Origin: Podarcis vaucheri | Taxonomy: Eukaryota | Strand: one strand, 5' to 3' | NCBI GenBank assembly: GCA_965113315.1 | Contig: OZ220365.1 | DNA: 64,000 nucleotides | Part shown: in pieces, positions 1 to 13,684 of the stretch | Layout: every line of letters starts with the position of its first letter | How positions within the stretch are numbered: the stretch's first letter is position 1 | Made by a program: the position numbers and the translations under genes | Notes under the pieces: generated by a model | What the model saw: only the letters and a program-made list of their open reading frames with translations | Told to the model about the DNA's origin: nothing | The model's database searches: none

Positions 1-204
1 CTTCCACATACTGCTTTAGTCCCATTCTTTGGCCATCTCCCCCACCATTATCCCTCCTTTCTACTACAAAATCAACTCTCCCACACCTCTGGTGCCTTTT
101 CTACTGCTATTCCATGTTAGGGATCATTAGGGGAAAGAATTGAAAATAAAGCTGCCAGCACCATAATGCCATTATAGAAACCTGTTTCATAACTGTGTAC
201 AAGT

Positions 205-600
205 CTAATTGCTGCACCTCAAAAAAGGATATTGTAGAGATAGGAAAGGTGGGCAGAAAAGAGCTACCAAAATAATAATGGGGCTGGAGCAATTTATCTA
301 TAAAGTTACAATATTTGGGGCTTTTCCGTTTGAGGGGGGAAAGCTTAAGTTTATGCAAAATGTAGAAGAAGTGAATAGTTTTTCTCTATCATAATACTGA
401 AGCTTAGAGTCATCCATTGAAGCTAAACGCTGAAAAATTGAGGACAGACAAAAGGAGATACTTCTTCACACTTCAAATGGAGTTGATTATCACAAAGTGT
501 AGTGATGGTCACCAACTTGGAAGGGGGTTAGACAAATTCATGCAGAAGAAGGCTATCAATCATAGCACAATGGCTATGTTATATCACCAGTATCCGAGGT
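205..600 (+). mobile_element. Decayed CR1 LINE 3' fragment
   Basis: Resembles the squamate CR1 ORF2 end/3' UTR (..GGACAGACAAAAGGAGATACTTCTTCAC..GTGATGGTCACCAACTTGGA..TTAGACAAATTCATG..GGCTATCAAT); translated remnant KLRTDKRRYFFT. Boundaries approximate. Confidence 0.7.
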
Positions 601-3134
601 GCTTTGCCTCTGGTTGGCCACTGCGAGTACAGGATGCCGGTGGCGTGTGGCAAAATTTTTAGTAGGGGAACAGTTAGGGTCAGGGGCAGCAGCTTGCGAG
701 GGCAAGGTGAGGACCTGACATCTCGATATTGCTCACGTCAGCAACGCACTTCCCTCTCTAAGCTGGGCAGAAGCTTCCCAGGATTTGGGAAGGAGGTCTG
801 TGACAGGATGCTGGAGCCCTCATGCGTCCTTCCCAAAGCTGGTTGTAATGTAGCAATGGAATCAACTGCATTCCAGCCTACTGTGTCCAAATATACCTTG
901 TGGAGCAAAGGTAAATGTGGAAAATATTTGGTCTCAGAGCAAATAATTTTTGCCATACATTGGTTTTAGCTTTTATTGAGGGAGAACTGTGTCAAATGCA
1001 TATAGCTACTTTTATATAACACATTTCATTAGATGATTGCAGGACACATAGTAAACATCAATTAGCACTTGCACAAGTGTCAAAATGTTACACTTCAGAT
1101 GGGAAGCTGAGATACAGAGAGAGATTCGTCTACGAGATCACAGAGTGAGTCAATATCAAAGGAAGAATAAGTAACCCAGAACAATTATTTATAACTAGCC
1201 AACATACTTTTGCGGCACATGAATTTTAATTAAAGAAGAAGTCTTAAAACTTGATTAGCTATTTTGTCTCCTTCCATTTTAATCTTGAGAACTACATATG
1301 TTACAATAGGTTAAGGACTGTTGAGAAGACATTTCTCTTGCTAATCTAGTACAGATGTTACAAAGCATTTCCAAATTTTGCTGAATGTTGGCATTCAGTG
1401 TTAGGACAACCCAGATGAATTAGTCAATTAATTATGTGAGCATCCCACTTCCCCAAAATTGGAGATGCACCAGTGAATATTAGCAGGCACCTTTACGTCC
1501 TTGTCAGTATTGATTTGCATATATCCCCAAACTGGGGAAGTACCGGTACATCTTAGTTTTTACCATTCACATAATTTAACAGGAACTGTCAGCAATCATG
1601 TGTGAATTTCGTACATTCACCCCCACCTTGTGCAATGGGAGAATGAAACTACTGCAGGAAATCCTTCATACAGTGACTCTTCACTGGTCCAACTGGACCC
1701 CACTTCTCTTCCGTAATGGAATAAGGCCACCACACAGGTTTTACCAGCTTCAGCTATTATGAAGTTGTGAAGCCCTTAAATATTTCACAGTAAAATGAAT
1801 TTATTTTGAATTGTAGTTAATTTAAAATAAACATGTGGTGTGGGGTTTTTTTTTATAAAAAAACACTAATAATAAAAGTCATTTTTACCAATATACAGGT
1901 ACAACTTAAAAATCAGTTTCCACATAGCCTTTTGCCACCTTCATGCCTGTTCACAGAAGCAGTGTGACATCACCAATTTCTATATGTGCTTGTTAAAGGA
2001 TTCCTACTCAAGTGCTTACCTCCCACTTCTGTTACCTCATCATTCTGTTACAAAAGAGAAATCTGTTGGCAAATTACTTTGGGAGTTTTGAGTTCCACAT
2101 GTTTAGATTGCAAAATTCCAATCAAAACAATCTTGAAGAATGTCATGATTAAGAACTTGTGGTAGAGAGTGCTGGGTTCAAGTCATTAGATAGTTTTAGA
2201 TAAGCCACTGTTCTCTCAGTCTTCATTGCAGTCTGCAGTGTGAATATTAATACTGGGCTATTTCATAAGCACTTAAAAATCATATGTGTGACATACCATA
2301 GACAATAATCCTGTACAATCTGACCTAAGAGTAAATCTCATTTCACTAGGATTGCTCTGTTAAACACAGTTATTTATTTATCATTATTTACTACAACCAT
2401 TTCCACCATGTTGCAAGCATTCTCAAAACTAAAATTAGGATGGTAAAAATATCACCTCTAGTACACTAAAAGTTCATTGTAGGCATACATTTGCATGTAA
2501 GAATGATTGGGTGAGTTTTCTAGAAGTGAGGAAATAATTTATACTTGTCAGTTAGAACTGCCTCAAACCAGGTTGAAGACTTAGCATGCCTTTGTTTTCA
2601 CAAGTGACTGAACCCTGGTTTTGAATTTTCTACACATAAAAAATCAGATAAAAACTTAAATTGATTAGAATAACACAAAGGTTTCTGGGAGGCTTATTAG
2701 TATATTGAGTATTAATGCTTCTCCCATTAGACTAATCTCTGACCATTTTGACACTTGGGTTTGGCAGATTTTTTCTTGGAAAAGTAACATCCGTAATAGC
2801 TTTTGAAAACAATGTTCCCCTCTGAGCCAGAACCAAGAGGTCTGTTGCGTGTGCACGGAGACCGTTTCCCCCTCTCTGGCTTTGAGAGCAGCTCTTGAGG
2901 GCTTGTGGAGCACTGCAGAGCAAAGGACATTAAGAGGTCCATGTGCATGTGTGTCAGGCTGCTCATGGCTCTTTGGGCACTAACAACTATATTGCATCCC
3001 CCACCCCAGAAATCTATAAATATGTATTTCATATTTATACTGTTCTTATCATCTAGATAACCTATGAGAGAAAAAGTTCAGGTTTATCTCTGTGTTAATC
3101 TTCTTGCGTAAGTTTGTATGTGTTTTTAAAACAG

Positions 3135-3234
3135 GGAGAAACACTGAGGAAGAAGAAGCTATGATGCAAGAATGGTTCATGTTGGTCAATAAGAAGAATG
3201 CCTTAATAAGGAGGATGAATCAACTCTCCCTGCT
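3135..3234 (+). CDS. EHBP1: EHBP1 internal coding exon (bMERB domain)
   Basis: AG at 3133-3134, GTAAGT at 3235; 100 bp, phase 1 to 2; encodes (G)[32 protein letters not shown](L), matching vertebrate EHBP1. Confidence 0.97.
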
Positions 3235-4948
3235 GTAAGTATATATACTGATTGGCCAAAACTGTTGAACCTTTCTGCTTTCTTTCTGTAGGACGACAGA
3301 TTTTCCAGCATTTCAGTCAGAAACTTTTGAAGCACACAATTTTGTAAGCATAATGGCCTGATCCTAAATTTAGAACATGAAAATGAATGGTCCCAGGATC
3401 TGCATATTCAGCCTTAATCAAAAGATTTACAGATGCCTTTGCATGTTAGAGATCCAGATGTAATTCACACACAGATCACCACTGAATTGAAGGGGGAAAC
3501 TACATACAAGCAGAATAACACTGTGTAGTATCACTTGTACAGTATCACCTATAGGCTGAATCAATAGGATTGTGGTGTGCGGGAAAAGGGGGGAGGGGAC
3601 AATGGACGGCAGATAAATTTCCTATTTTTTATGTTACTGAGAGCTAATGAATAAATTGCATCAGAGTAATATGCAAATGACAGGCACTTAAATTAAATTG
3701 CGTGCTACAAATGTGAAAATCTGGGAAAGTGTGCTTTTTAGAAATGGCTTCAGGGAGCAAGGAGTGCAAGTGACTTGCATCTTCTGTCCTTCCTTGTAAT
3801 CTCTGAAGTGGACCTTTTTATCTAGCCTCTGCCAGATGCAGAAACCGTCTATGCAGGCTAGTGCAGGGAATGTGGCTGAGAGGTAAACATAAAGTTTCTG
3901 TTCACACATTACAAAGAATATAAGAAAGAATATAAGAAACCATCCTATATCAAATATTTCCCGCTAGCCCAATATTGCCTTCTCTCTCTGGTTGTGGCTC
4001 CCAGGTATCTTCTGTTTTCACAACAGGCACATATGCTGCTTTGGTCTGGATAGTTGTGCAGGCACAAAAAAACAGCATGGGACAAACTGTTCCTTCTTTC
4101 CCACTTTGCATCTTAGTTTCCCAAAAAAAGTTCTGCACTATGTCCAAAGCAGGCAGCTGTCAGTTAACAAGCCAGTATATGATCTAGGGCTAAGGAGGAA
4201 CACTCAGCCCCAACACTTTTTCTCAGCTTCATAATCATGGTCCAAATGATCATCTGAACTGAGCTGAACTGCCAACACCCAATACCACTGCCTGTGGATG
4301 GCATTAAAAAAGGGACAATGGGCCTTGACCCAATAGCTGACCAGGGATAAGGAGTGGAAGAAGACTTTAGTGAACTTCAGATGAAGCTATGTCACCACAG
4401 GCAAGGGAGAGCAATCCCATTCTGAAGATTTCTACGACCCTTTCAGAAATAAGGAAAGGTTGATGGTTTCCAGATGCACATTCCACTGAGTATGGATCCT
4501 GTGCTCCTTACAGACAGATATGCAGCCAGATTGCCTGTGGCTGCAGAATAAGTGGACCACTCTTCTCTGAGGACAAAGCATTCAGTGGTAGAAGGCTGCA
4601 GAACCACATCTGGTGAACCCAATTCCACATTTGAACCCTGAGTATTAATATACGTGGTTCCTTCTACTTCAGCGTATTATTTTACATATAATGCCTCCAT
4701 TCATCTGTTAACTCTGAAGACAATGTATTATGTCCTATGGAGCAATGATGTTCGAAAGTAGAAGAAAATCCTTTAAAGTAAATGGACTTGCATCCCAATA
4801 GGCAAATGAAGAGGCAGACACATCAGCTAGGGTTGAACAGGCCGCTTTTATTTAGACCTTAAACTGAAATTAGCAGAGGATGACGACTATGGGGCGGAAA
4901 CCACCTTAACTGTATAACTATAGCCATTGGACGACTTTCCCTTGCCTA

Positions 4949-5132
4949 CAGAGCTTTCCAAACTTTTAATGCTGTGACACACATTTTAGACATGCATCAT
5001 TTCACAACACAGTAATTCAGTTTTACTAGCAAACCAGAGGTTAAACTAACTCCTTTCCAAATCCAGAAGGACACACCTACACATTGCAGCCGACACACTA
5101 ACATGTCGCGACACACACTTTGGAAAGCTCTG
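4949..5132. mobile_element. hAT-type MITE
   Basis: 14-bp perfect terminal inverted repeat CAGAGCTTTCCAAA ... TTTGGAAAGCTCTG; no TSD recognisable. Confidence 0.65.
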
Positions 5133-5565
5133 AATTAGGACATGGCTCCCTAGTCCCCACCCTCTAGGACCGCAGAGTCCCAGGTGGATAAGGGAGTCTT
5201 GCCCTCTAAACTACAGAGCCTTGGAGCCAGTCCACCAACTGAAAGGTGCCTAAAGGACGTCACCAGGCTAAACCAAACTATTTCTTTTCCCTCACCTAAA
5301 CTGCCAAAAATGACCAAATCCATAAGATTAGCCTAATTAAACAACACAGCAGTCCATCTAGCATTCTGTCCTGCTATTGGGTTGTTGTTGTTGTTTGATT
5401 ATATATATTGTGATTTTATTTTTTGATTTTGTTCTGTGAACCACCCTGATACCCCCGGGTATAGGGCGGTATATAAATTCAATAAACAAATAAATAAAAT
5501 ATTCATTGTGAAGTAGACAAAAAACCAACCTGTGATCCAAAATGCAGACTGGGGGAAATTCCTGC

Positions 5566-5583
5566 CTGGCCCCCTAGTGGCAA
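5566..5583 (-). promoter_or_regulatory. Candidate CTCF site
   Basis: Minus strand TTGCCACTAGGGGGCCAG closely matches the CTCF core consensus; motif only. Confidence 0.5.
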
Positions 5584-5632
5584 CCCTGAAGCACACAGGG
5601 AGGGAGGGAGGGTGCTGCTGCAAACAGAGTTG

Positions 5633-5764
5633 CAGCCTTTCTCAACCTGTGGGTCCCCAGACCCACTACAACTCCCATCACCCCTAGCTAGCAAGGCCAG
5701 AGCTCAGGGATGATGGGAGTTGTAGTCCAGCAACATCTGGGGACCCCCAGGTCGAGAACCGCTG
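5633..5764. mobile_element. Palindromic hAT-derived MITE (Charlie/MER5-like)
   Basis: Imperfect TIRs CAGCCTTTCTCAACCTG / CAGGTCGAGAACCGCTG with internal inverted ACTACAACTCCCATCA / TGATGGGAGTTGTAGT; related decayed copies near 44800-44905, 51954-52060 and 53895-54040. Confidence 0.7.
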
Positions 5765-6088
5765 GAGGGAAGTCCCTTAAATACAGGGATTGAGCTCTCC
5801 CCTGCTCCTCAGACCACCTTAGGAATGCACCCAGGATTTTCCTGCTCTGCTTCTCTTGCCCAGCGACCCACAAGGAGACCCAGCCTTCTGAGCACCATCC
5901 AGGCCTTTTGCTGAATGTTCATCCAGCAATGCTACTTCTTAATCCTTTGTTCTCATGTATCATTTATTTAGAGTAGCTTAAACCTATAGTCCTAACTGAG
6001 TCCAAAAAATCAATGTAAATTAAAGGTTCTTTTAAACGTTTAATGATTTAGTAATTAACATATTGATGAACTTTTGCAACTTGCCTAG

Positions 6089-6162
6089 GGAAAAGGAGCA
6101 TGACCTAGAGAGGCGGTACGAACTGTTGAACAGGGAGCTGAGAGCAATGCTTGCCATTGAAG
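6089..6162 (+). CDS. EHBP1: EHBP1 internal coding exon (bMERB domain)
   Basis: AG at 6087-6088, GTAAG at 6163; 74 bp, phase 2 to 1; encodes EKEHDLERRYELLNRELRAMLAIE, in frame with both neighbouring exons. Confidence 0.97.
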
Positions 6163-7534
6163 GTAAGAAATGTTTTGAATGTTTAGGCTTCTGTCTGTGA
6201 AAGTATTCTGCTTTTAGATGCAAACCAAAAATGCTGTGCGACCCCTTCTAGATCAATTTGGAACTTTTCGTTTATTTATTTCTTTAAGTAGCATCAGCTC
6301 TGACACACAGCACTGGTTTTGCCTCAGTGCAAAAATAGAAGAAATGACACATCAGATTAATTATTTTTACATCTTAAATATTTGTTCGCAACCGTACTTC
6401 CATAGAAAAAATAGACCCCACCCATCTTCATTATAAAAATATCATGCACATGTCAAGTAAAACATTTTTTCAGAGAAAATGACAGCATTAGTGCAACCCT
6501 TTGCACGTATATTTTCTTGATTCTCTGTATCTTTCTAAGCAGCCACTCACTTCACTGGAATGAATACTCATGAGCAGATTGACATAAGGGATAAACAATG
6601 GTCTCCTCTTCCTAATGCTTTTAAAGAACTGTACAATAATCCAAAGGATGATTTATAATAAAAGTAAACATCCAGATAGGTTAAACTACTGCTTTACCTT
6701 ATTTTGTTATTTAAATATGCTAGGTTTCTTTATAAAGCTGTTCTACTTATAGTTTTCAGCCACATATTCTGCCTTTACAGTTCAAAGATGTTTGCTTAAA
6801 AGTTAATCCTCTGGGCTCTGTAAAATGGACCTTTTGTCTAATCAATGCAAATTGATTTTGCTATTCTGTATTGACCTCTTAACCCTTTGACTGTCCATGG
6901 TAATTTCTTTCTTCACCTGATAAGGTACCTGATCCATAATGAATCAATTCTAATTAGTTTAGAGACATCACTGAAAGCATGAGTTTGGGAGGAAAAGGCG
7001 TGAGGTGTCAGGTAGCTTTCTAATCCACCTCTTTGTAGCTTTTTGACAAAACTCAAGAATTACAGGAATCCTGAAAAAACCATAAACCTTTAACATGTTT
7101 ATTGCTTTCTAAAGATGGATTTGACAGCAACAATAAAAAAATGTTCAAAAGAAAATAAAACTTTGGGCCCAGGCATCTAGAAGGTGTCTTTTGGGAGACT
7201 TCTAAGTCTTTGAAGTTTGGGGGCTTCTTAAGTAAAAGTGTGAAGTAACACTGAGTTCGCTTTTGAAGGACATGAAGCAGGTTTATGCAGGCCTGAAAAC
7301 AGCAAAACATATTTTTCTTTTAAAAAATATGTACTAGCGACATCATTACAATAATTGGTATTAATAATAACATCAGCAACATCATCTGGAGGGCTTTTCA
7401 AAAGTTGAATAGTGTTGTTTATGCCTTAACATTTAAATGTTATTTATATTATTCTGCTAGATTCTCAAAGTTACCCACTCCCCTTCTGCCACCAAGATCC
7501 TCTTAAGTTAGTCTTAGTTATGTTTTATTTATTT

Positions 7535-7820
7535 CAGGGGTCAGCAAGGCTTATCTTGCCTCACCCAGTACACTGCCGTGGAGCCCCCTCTGTGGGCTGT
7601 ATTGTGGGTGGGGGCACGTGAATGGGCGCACCTGCAATTTCCGGTGTCTGCATCTACACAGACACAATTTCTGGCACTGCAGAAGTGAGTCCCCATGCCG
7701 CGCTGTGTCGGTTTAGCGCAGCGTGCGAGGACTTGCCAAGAGGGCGGCTCGGTTCGGGGGCCGATACAACAACCCCCGTGGGCCGGTTGTGGCCCATGGG
7801 CCTTAGGTTGCTGACCCCTG
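7535..7820. mobile_element. Non-autonomous hAT (Charlie-like) element
   Basis: 13-bp TIR CAGGGGTCAGCAA / TTGCTGACCCCTG; degenerate 8-bp TSD ATTTATTT / ATCTAGTT (6/8). Confidence 0.75.
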
Positions 7821-8239
7821 ATCTAGTTTAACAGGTTAATGGTGCTCTTCTGAATATATTAAGTGGGTTGTCCATCTGCAGCATAAATGTAACATTGGCC
7901 CAGTTGCACAAGCATAAACAAAGGTGGTCACTTCAAAAATTGCAGCCACTTTGCTCATCCTCCAGTTCTGCTGCTGCCATGATCCCCAGAACTAAGCTAT
8001 GATTTAGCATTATATCTGATTTGTACTCCCCCCAAAAAAACACACACACACAAAAACAAACAAACCAAAGGAGTAAGCCAAGAAAAAACCTTGTCTACAG
8101 CTCATAGTTTGTTTGAAGCTAAGCCAAACAGTGGCTCCAGGCAGCAAAGAAGCAGTAGGACTGGAGGATCTGCCTGCTCACTCACTCACTCACGCTAAGC
8201 CATGGTTTGACTTATCACTCCATGCACTATTTTTAATTT

Positions 8240-8670
8240 TTTCTTTTAAATGGCATACCCCACTTTTTGAGGCACTTCTCCATAAAGTGATGAGTAAAAA
8301 CCAACTCTACCTGACAATAAAATATAAAAATATGAAACACAGTACTGTACAATTAAACATTAAACCAATATAAAAAGTTAAATACATAAATAGAATATAA
8401 AATACAACACAGGTGTTTTAACAGTGTTAAAACAAAAAAGCCAACAAGAATTTGAAACTCCAGAAATAAAATACACTCATTTTAAGCAACATCTTCAACA
8501 AACATTGAAACCGCAAAATTGGGGCTTGTTTCACTTCTAAGGGAAGAAATTTCAGAGAACTGGTGCCACAAGCACTAAAAGCACCTGCTCAAGTCACAGC
8601 CTGCTTCATTGCCGTGGCATGTGGCGCCATCAACAGATGGTTTCATCCATTGATCTAAGGGACAGGGCAG
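8240..8670 (-). mobile_element. Decayed L2-like LINE 3' fragment
   Basis: AT-rich tail followed by sequence resembling an antisense squamate L2 3' end (..GGGAAGAAATTTCAGAGAACTGGTGCCAC..GATCTAAGGGACAGGGCAG). Confidence 0.45.
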
Positions 8671-8845
8671 CTTGAATAAAATATTGTGGGGGCCCAGGTA
8701 AGCCCGCATAATTGATCAAATGACACTGTGCACACACACCATTTGAATGGGAATGCCCATCAACTTTGTGGAGGCCTGGCCCCCTCAAGTATTTTATTGT
8801 GGGGACCGAAGCCCCCACAGTCCCAAGGAGTTTGCTTTCTAGTGG
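8668..8845. mobile_element. hAT (Tip100-like) MITE, same family as 36501-36689
   Basis: Shares CTTGAATAAAAT, CCCAGGTAAGCCC and ATGCCCATCAACTTTG blocks with the copy at 36501; a further partial copy at about 9461-9650. Confidence 0.6.
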
Positions 8846-9916
8846 GACTGGGGCAGAGTGTAAGGAGAGAGGCAGCTGTGCAACTTTGTGCTTTTGGTGC
8901 GTTTCACCCTAAACTGAAACAAGTCTTAGCAATTCCTGAGATGCTGATTACATGTTTTCTTCATTCAACACTGTAACACAACTAACAGAGAGAAACACTG
9001 GAGGCAGGGAATGCCTTATTTCCATGGAATTTTGCACCCCACTCTATGGATATAGATGGAAACTTATCTGATTGGCAGATATAATCAGATGTATATCCAA
9101 GGACAGGTTTGGTTTCTGTGGGATGCATTCACATTCTTAACCAACTCCCGTCACACAGAATCACACAACCCCATTGAATCCAGTTGTGGCTTACTTCCAA
9201 CTGAGTGTACATAGGATTGCAGTCTCAGTGAACCTGTAAGCCGGTGTTTAAAATGGAGATGTTTGCAATAGAACATCATTTTGGGGTGTTGAAGCTTTTC
9301 ACACAGAATACAGGCCTGACCAACCACATTCTGGTTTTCTTTTGGCCATAGATTATTCTTATTTTTACAAGCAGTACTGCCATCCCAGCAAAAGCCACAG
9401 GTCAACATATAATCTGGTTACGTGTTGAAAGAAAACGACAACACATATTTCTTGATGATCAGGAGCACCGACTTGAATAAAATATTGGGGGGGGCAGATA
9501 AATCTCAGCCCCGATCCTAGCAACAGAGGTACCTAGTGCTGGTGAAACTGTTTATTCCCACTCAGCCCATTTTTAATCACCAAAATAGCTCTGTGAGGTT
9601 GACTGGCTAGCCCCCTCAAATATCTTATTGTGAAGCTAAAGGGACCCAAAAACCAATGCAGAATAAGGCTGTCTCATGAAAACAAAGTATAAACATAGAG
9701 TAGTCACCAGCTGAGTATTGAGGAGCTTTGGGTTCCAGCCACCTTCTTGCATGCATTGCGCCACTTGTTAAAATTTAATGCCTCCTTAGAACAGCTGAAG
9801 TTCATGTTTTACACACCTTAGGAGTGGCGTGTGTTCATTTTTCTACCCAACAAATAGATCTCCTTTAGAAATGTGTACATCTTGATTCATTCTTGGCTTC
9901 GAGTTTGAAGTGGGTG

Positions 9917-10079
9917 NNNNNNNNNNNNNNNNNNNNNNNNNNNNNNNNNNNNNNNNNNNNNNNNNNNNNNNNNNNNNNNNNNNNNNNNNNNNNNNNNNNN
10001 NNNNNNNNNNNNNNNNNNNNNNNNNNNNNNNNNNNNNNNNNNNNNNNNNNNNNNNNNNNNNNNNNNNNNNNNNNNNNNN
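9917..10079. other. Assembly gap (N run)
   Basis: 163 N bases. Confidence 1.
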
Positions 10080-12199
10080 ATTCCATAGATTGATTAGGTT
10101 CAGCAGTAGAATCCTATCAAATGGCTTCCTCTGATGATGATGCAAACTCTTTCAGGATTGCTAGTTGACTGGAACTAAAGATAAGGCTTTGACTGCAATC
10201 CCCCAATGTGCTCTTTACAAAACGAGTCTTAATTTTCATCAAAAGTTGCAAGGCTTATTTTATAGTGAGAAGATTTAGGGGTTTTTATTACAGAACTTTG
10301 GTCATTTTCAATATACTGGAGTATATTTCTGCTAGAATACCAATATGTGTTTTCTTTTCCCAAACTAATTATCTCCTTTTAAAGAAAACAAATAGTAACT
10401 GATTCAGAAAAAGAAGCCCTGCATACTTTAGTTTTTGCAGGTTTTTATTCTGTATAAAATTTTGAAATCTATATCCTTCTTTAAAAATTTGTTTTTGCCA
10501 GTGACAGAAGAAACAATGTTCCCCAGTACTTAGATTTAAGCCAATCTATATACTGGTCCTTAAACCCATGCTTATGGGAGTAATCACATTGATTTCAAGG
10601 GAACTTCCTTAGAATGGCAGCTCTAAAACCATTTCTTAACAAAGTAATGCGTGTTAGGTCTAGCTGAGCTGCAGATAATAAACGACCAGAGCAAGTTTTT
10701 TTGTTAAGAAAAAGCCTGTGATTAATATAATTTCTATGCATCTTGCTTTTGTTCGCCATATAAGGATGTCAGCATATTAGGCTCCAAATAACTCTTTAGA
10801 TTCACATAAGCAGCTTGCTTTCACCCAGTGAACATTTTGGTGGCTGTTTCTTTCTTTAAATGGCTAGTGTCTGCAGCATATAACAAACTGCTCTAAGTTT
10901 CAAAAACCATTTCCTTTGTGGAGACTGGTCTGCTTTTTGAATTTAACTAAATCTTAACTTACTTTACAGAACAAGCTTCATATGGGTTTGCTTGCTTGCT
11001 GTAGTCAAGTGGTGTAGTGAATGATTTTCTTTAATTTCCAAACTTCAGAACGTGTAACTGGAGCACTCCAAGACTAAATGAGTTCAACTATTTCCTAATA
11101 AATGTGTTTAGGTGGGAGCAAAAGTTACTGGAGGCTGTGATTCGTAGCTTTTACTTTTTAAAAAAGTCCCATTGGAAACAACAGAACTTACAGTCTTCTT
11201 TTATTTTGAATCTTTGGGTATAATAGAAAACGTAATCAGAAGGATTACTGCCATTATTATTTACTGACTAGACCAGAATAAAAAAAAGATTGAGGACTAG
11301 AGGACTTTGTTGGCCAATACGTATATCTACTTACACTACATTAAATAGCCTTCACATGAACTGATATAAGTAAGGTTGCTCCTACATATAATAGTGGTTA
11401 AGTTTCTTGACTTTTTAAATTTTGGAAATAGAAATGAGCATTCATGTCTGGTTGTTTACTATTTTAATTAGCAAACCTTAGCATCCTGTGCATGTGGATT
11501 TAGAAATCCCACTGAGTTCAATAGAGCTCACGCCTTACTAAGTGTGTGGAGGGTTGCAGCCCAAGTATCATGGGATCATTTGCCCTATAAAAGAAATTTA
11601 TTTCAAACAATATGTTTGGGACTCTTAGAGAATTGTATCGTATCATTTTTGGAGAATTGTTATATTTAAGCCATAAATGACACGTGCTCTTGCTTTATTT
11701 TGCCACTCTGAATACATGCATTCAAGTGTAAGATCTCAACAAATTATGAACAGCTAAGAAATTAGGCATATTTTTGAAAGCAGAGGGAGTTGGTGCCTTT
11801 CAGACTTTTGGCGCTAACTATTGTTGAAATGTAGGTATATCATTACTAGTAGAAATCATCTGCTACTGGGCAGCCTGTAAATGCTGTTATTAAATAAATA
11901 CAGTAGTGGCAACAACAAAAATATGCTGAAAACTTTGTTGGAGTCCTTTCATGTAAACACAGTGTCTAGGATGTAGTTTTTACAGATATATTTGTTGTTT
12001 TCTGCAGCTGTGTGTGAGGGAATATATTTTCTCTATGTCACTGTTAGTCTGCATATACTGTGTATATTGGGGAGGCAATTTAAAGAATGGCTTTTTACTG
12101 CTGTTCTAACCTTTATTGGATGAGCCTGCATCTAATTTTTAATTTGTAAATACAAGACTGAATTCACTCTAGCACCACTTGCTTTCATAAAGCTTCTGA

Positions 12200-12395
12200 N
12201 NNNNNNNNNNNNNNNNNNNNNNNNNNNNNNNNNNNNNNNNNNNNNNNNNNNNNNNNNNNNNNNNNNNNNNNNNNNNNNNNNNNNNNNNNNNNNNNNNNNN
12301 NNNNNNNNNNNNNNNNNNNNNNNNNNNNNNNNNNNNNNNNNNNNNNNNNNNNNNNNNNNNNNNNNNNNNNNNNNNNNNNNNNNNNNNNNNNNNNN
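12200..12395. other. Assembly gap (N run)
   Basis: 196 N bases. Confidence 1.
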
Positions 12396-13684
12396 GGGTT
12401 GCACTGTCTTGCCTCTGGTTTTTTGTGTTGTTGGTTGTTGTTTTTTAGAAAGTTGATTGAGGAGAGGACACCACATGAGTCAGAAGTGATGGAGTTTTCT
12501 TTTAAAGCCAGTGTCCTGTTTCCCTCTCATTTGTTCTGCTATCTCCTTCATCATCTATTTCTCCTTCTTTTCATTGTTTACCTTCCTAATGAGGGAGGCG
12601 GGGCAGACTGGAGGTTGATTGACAGGTGCAGGCCCTTGCAGTCTGGCCTGGAGAGCAGTTGGTTCAGAGCTTGAGGAGGGCTCCAGTGTTAAATGTGCCC
12701 TTTTTAATGAAACACTGCCTTATAAAAAGTAAGAGACAATACAACACCAAAAGGAAATACCTGTATGAGAAAGCCTCCCTCTTTCTGCAGCGTCTTTGAA
12801 TAACAAACTAAAGCAAAACTGAAGAAGTGAAAGAAATGAGTGTAGATCTGTACTCCACCTTCAACAACAACCAAATTTGGAATTGTTTCCTAGATAAAGG
12901 CCTAAGATTCAGCTATTACGCAAGCTGCCAAACAGTCTGAACAACTATGGAAGAAGCTGTGTAATACTGTCTAGCAGATGTGTTTTTACCTCAAAGAAAA
13001 ATGCTGATTATCTGATACTCACTTTTAAAGTTATTCTGAAGCATCTGGTGCCCAGTGTGAGACATTTCCAACAGCTAAGATGTAGCAAGAAAGAAATTAG
13101 CAGAGAATAGGCTATTTGGAGGGGAGGGGAGGTTACAGTGAGATTAAGAAAAGTGTTTTTCTATTTGCTTTAGCTGGCTTTTTGTCTGTAATTTTTCCTG
13201 TTTCAATTCCTGTAATTTTTCCTGTATGATTCCTACATACATATGCACACACTGTGCGGGTTGGGGGTTTTTTTGCCTAGACAAACTGATATGCAAAATG
13301 GGCACATAAAGGCAAATCATCAAGTTTCCTAATTTCCAAACTGGGAAATTGATTCCATTCACTCCACACTAGTGTGTTTTCATACAATTGGAACATTTTT
13401 TAATATGCCCTAGACTCTAATGTTGGAAAACAAAATTATTGGGTCCGATTTATCCATCTTCCCACCCTTCCCCATCAAGCTATAACCTGAAGTCATCAAC
13501 TGAGAGTCTCGGCAGTTTAAAGTTACACAAATCCATAGGAATGTGAAATGAAATGACCCTTATTGGTCCCTACAAAGAAGAGGCTTTATTGTGGAAGCCA
13601 ATGATCTGGCACTGATTTGTTTAGATCATACGTAAGTTAAGCTTTCAAAGCACGCAGTTCTGGATTTCTTTCTTTTCTTTTCAG

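Noticed and set aside
9843-12476. ORFs containing poly-X
   Set aside because: Artefacts of N gaps.
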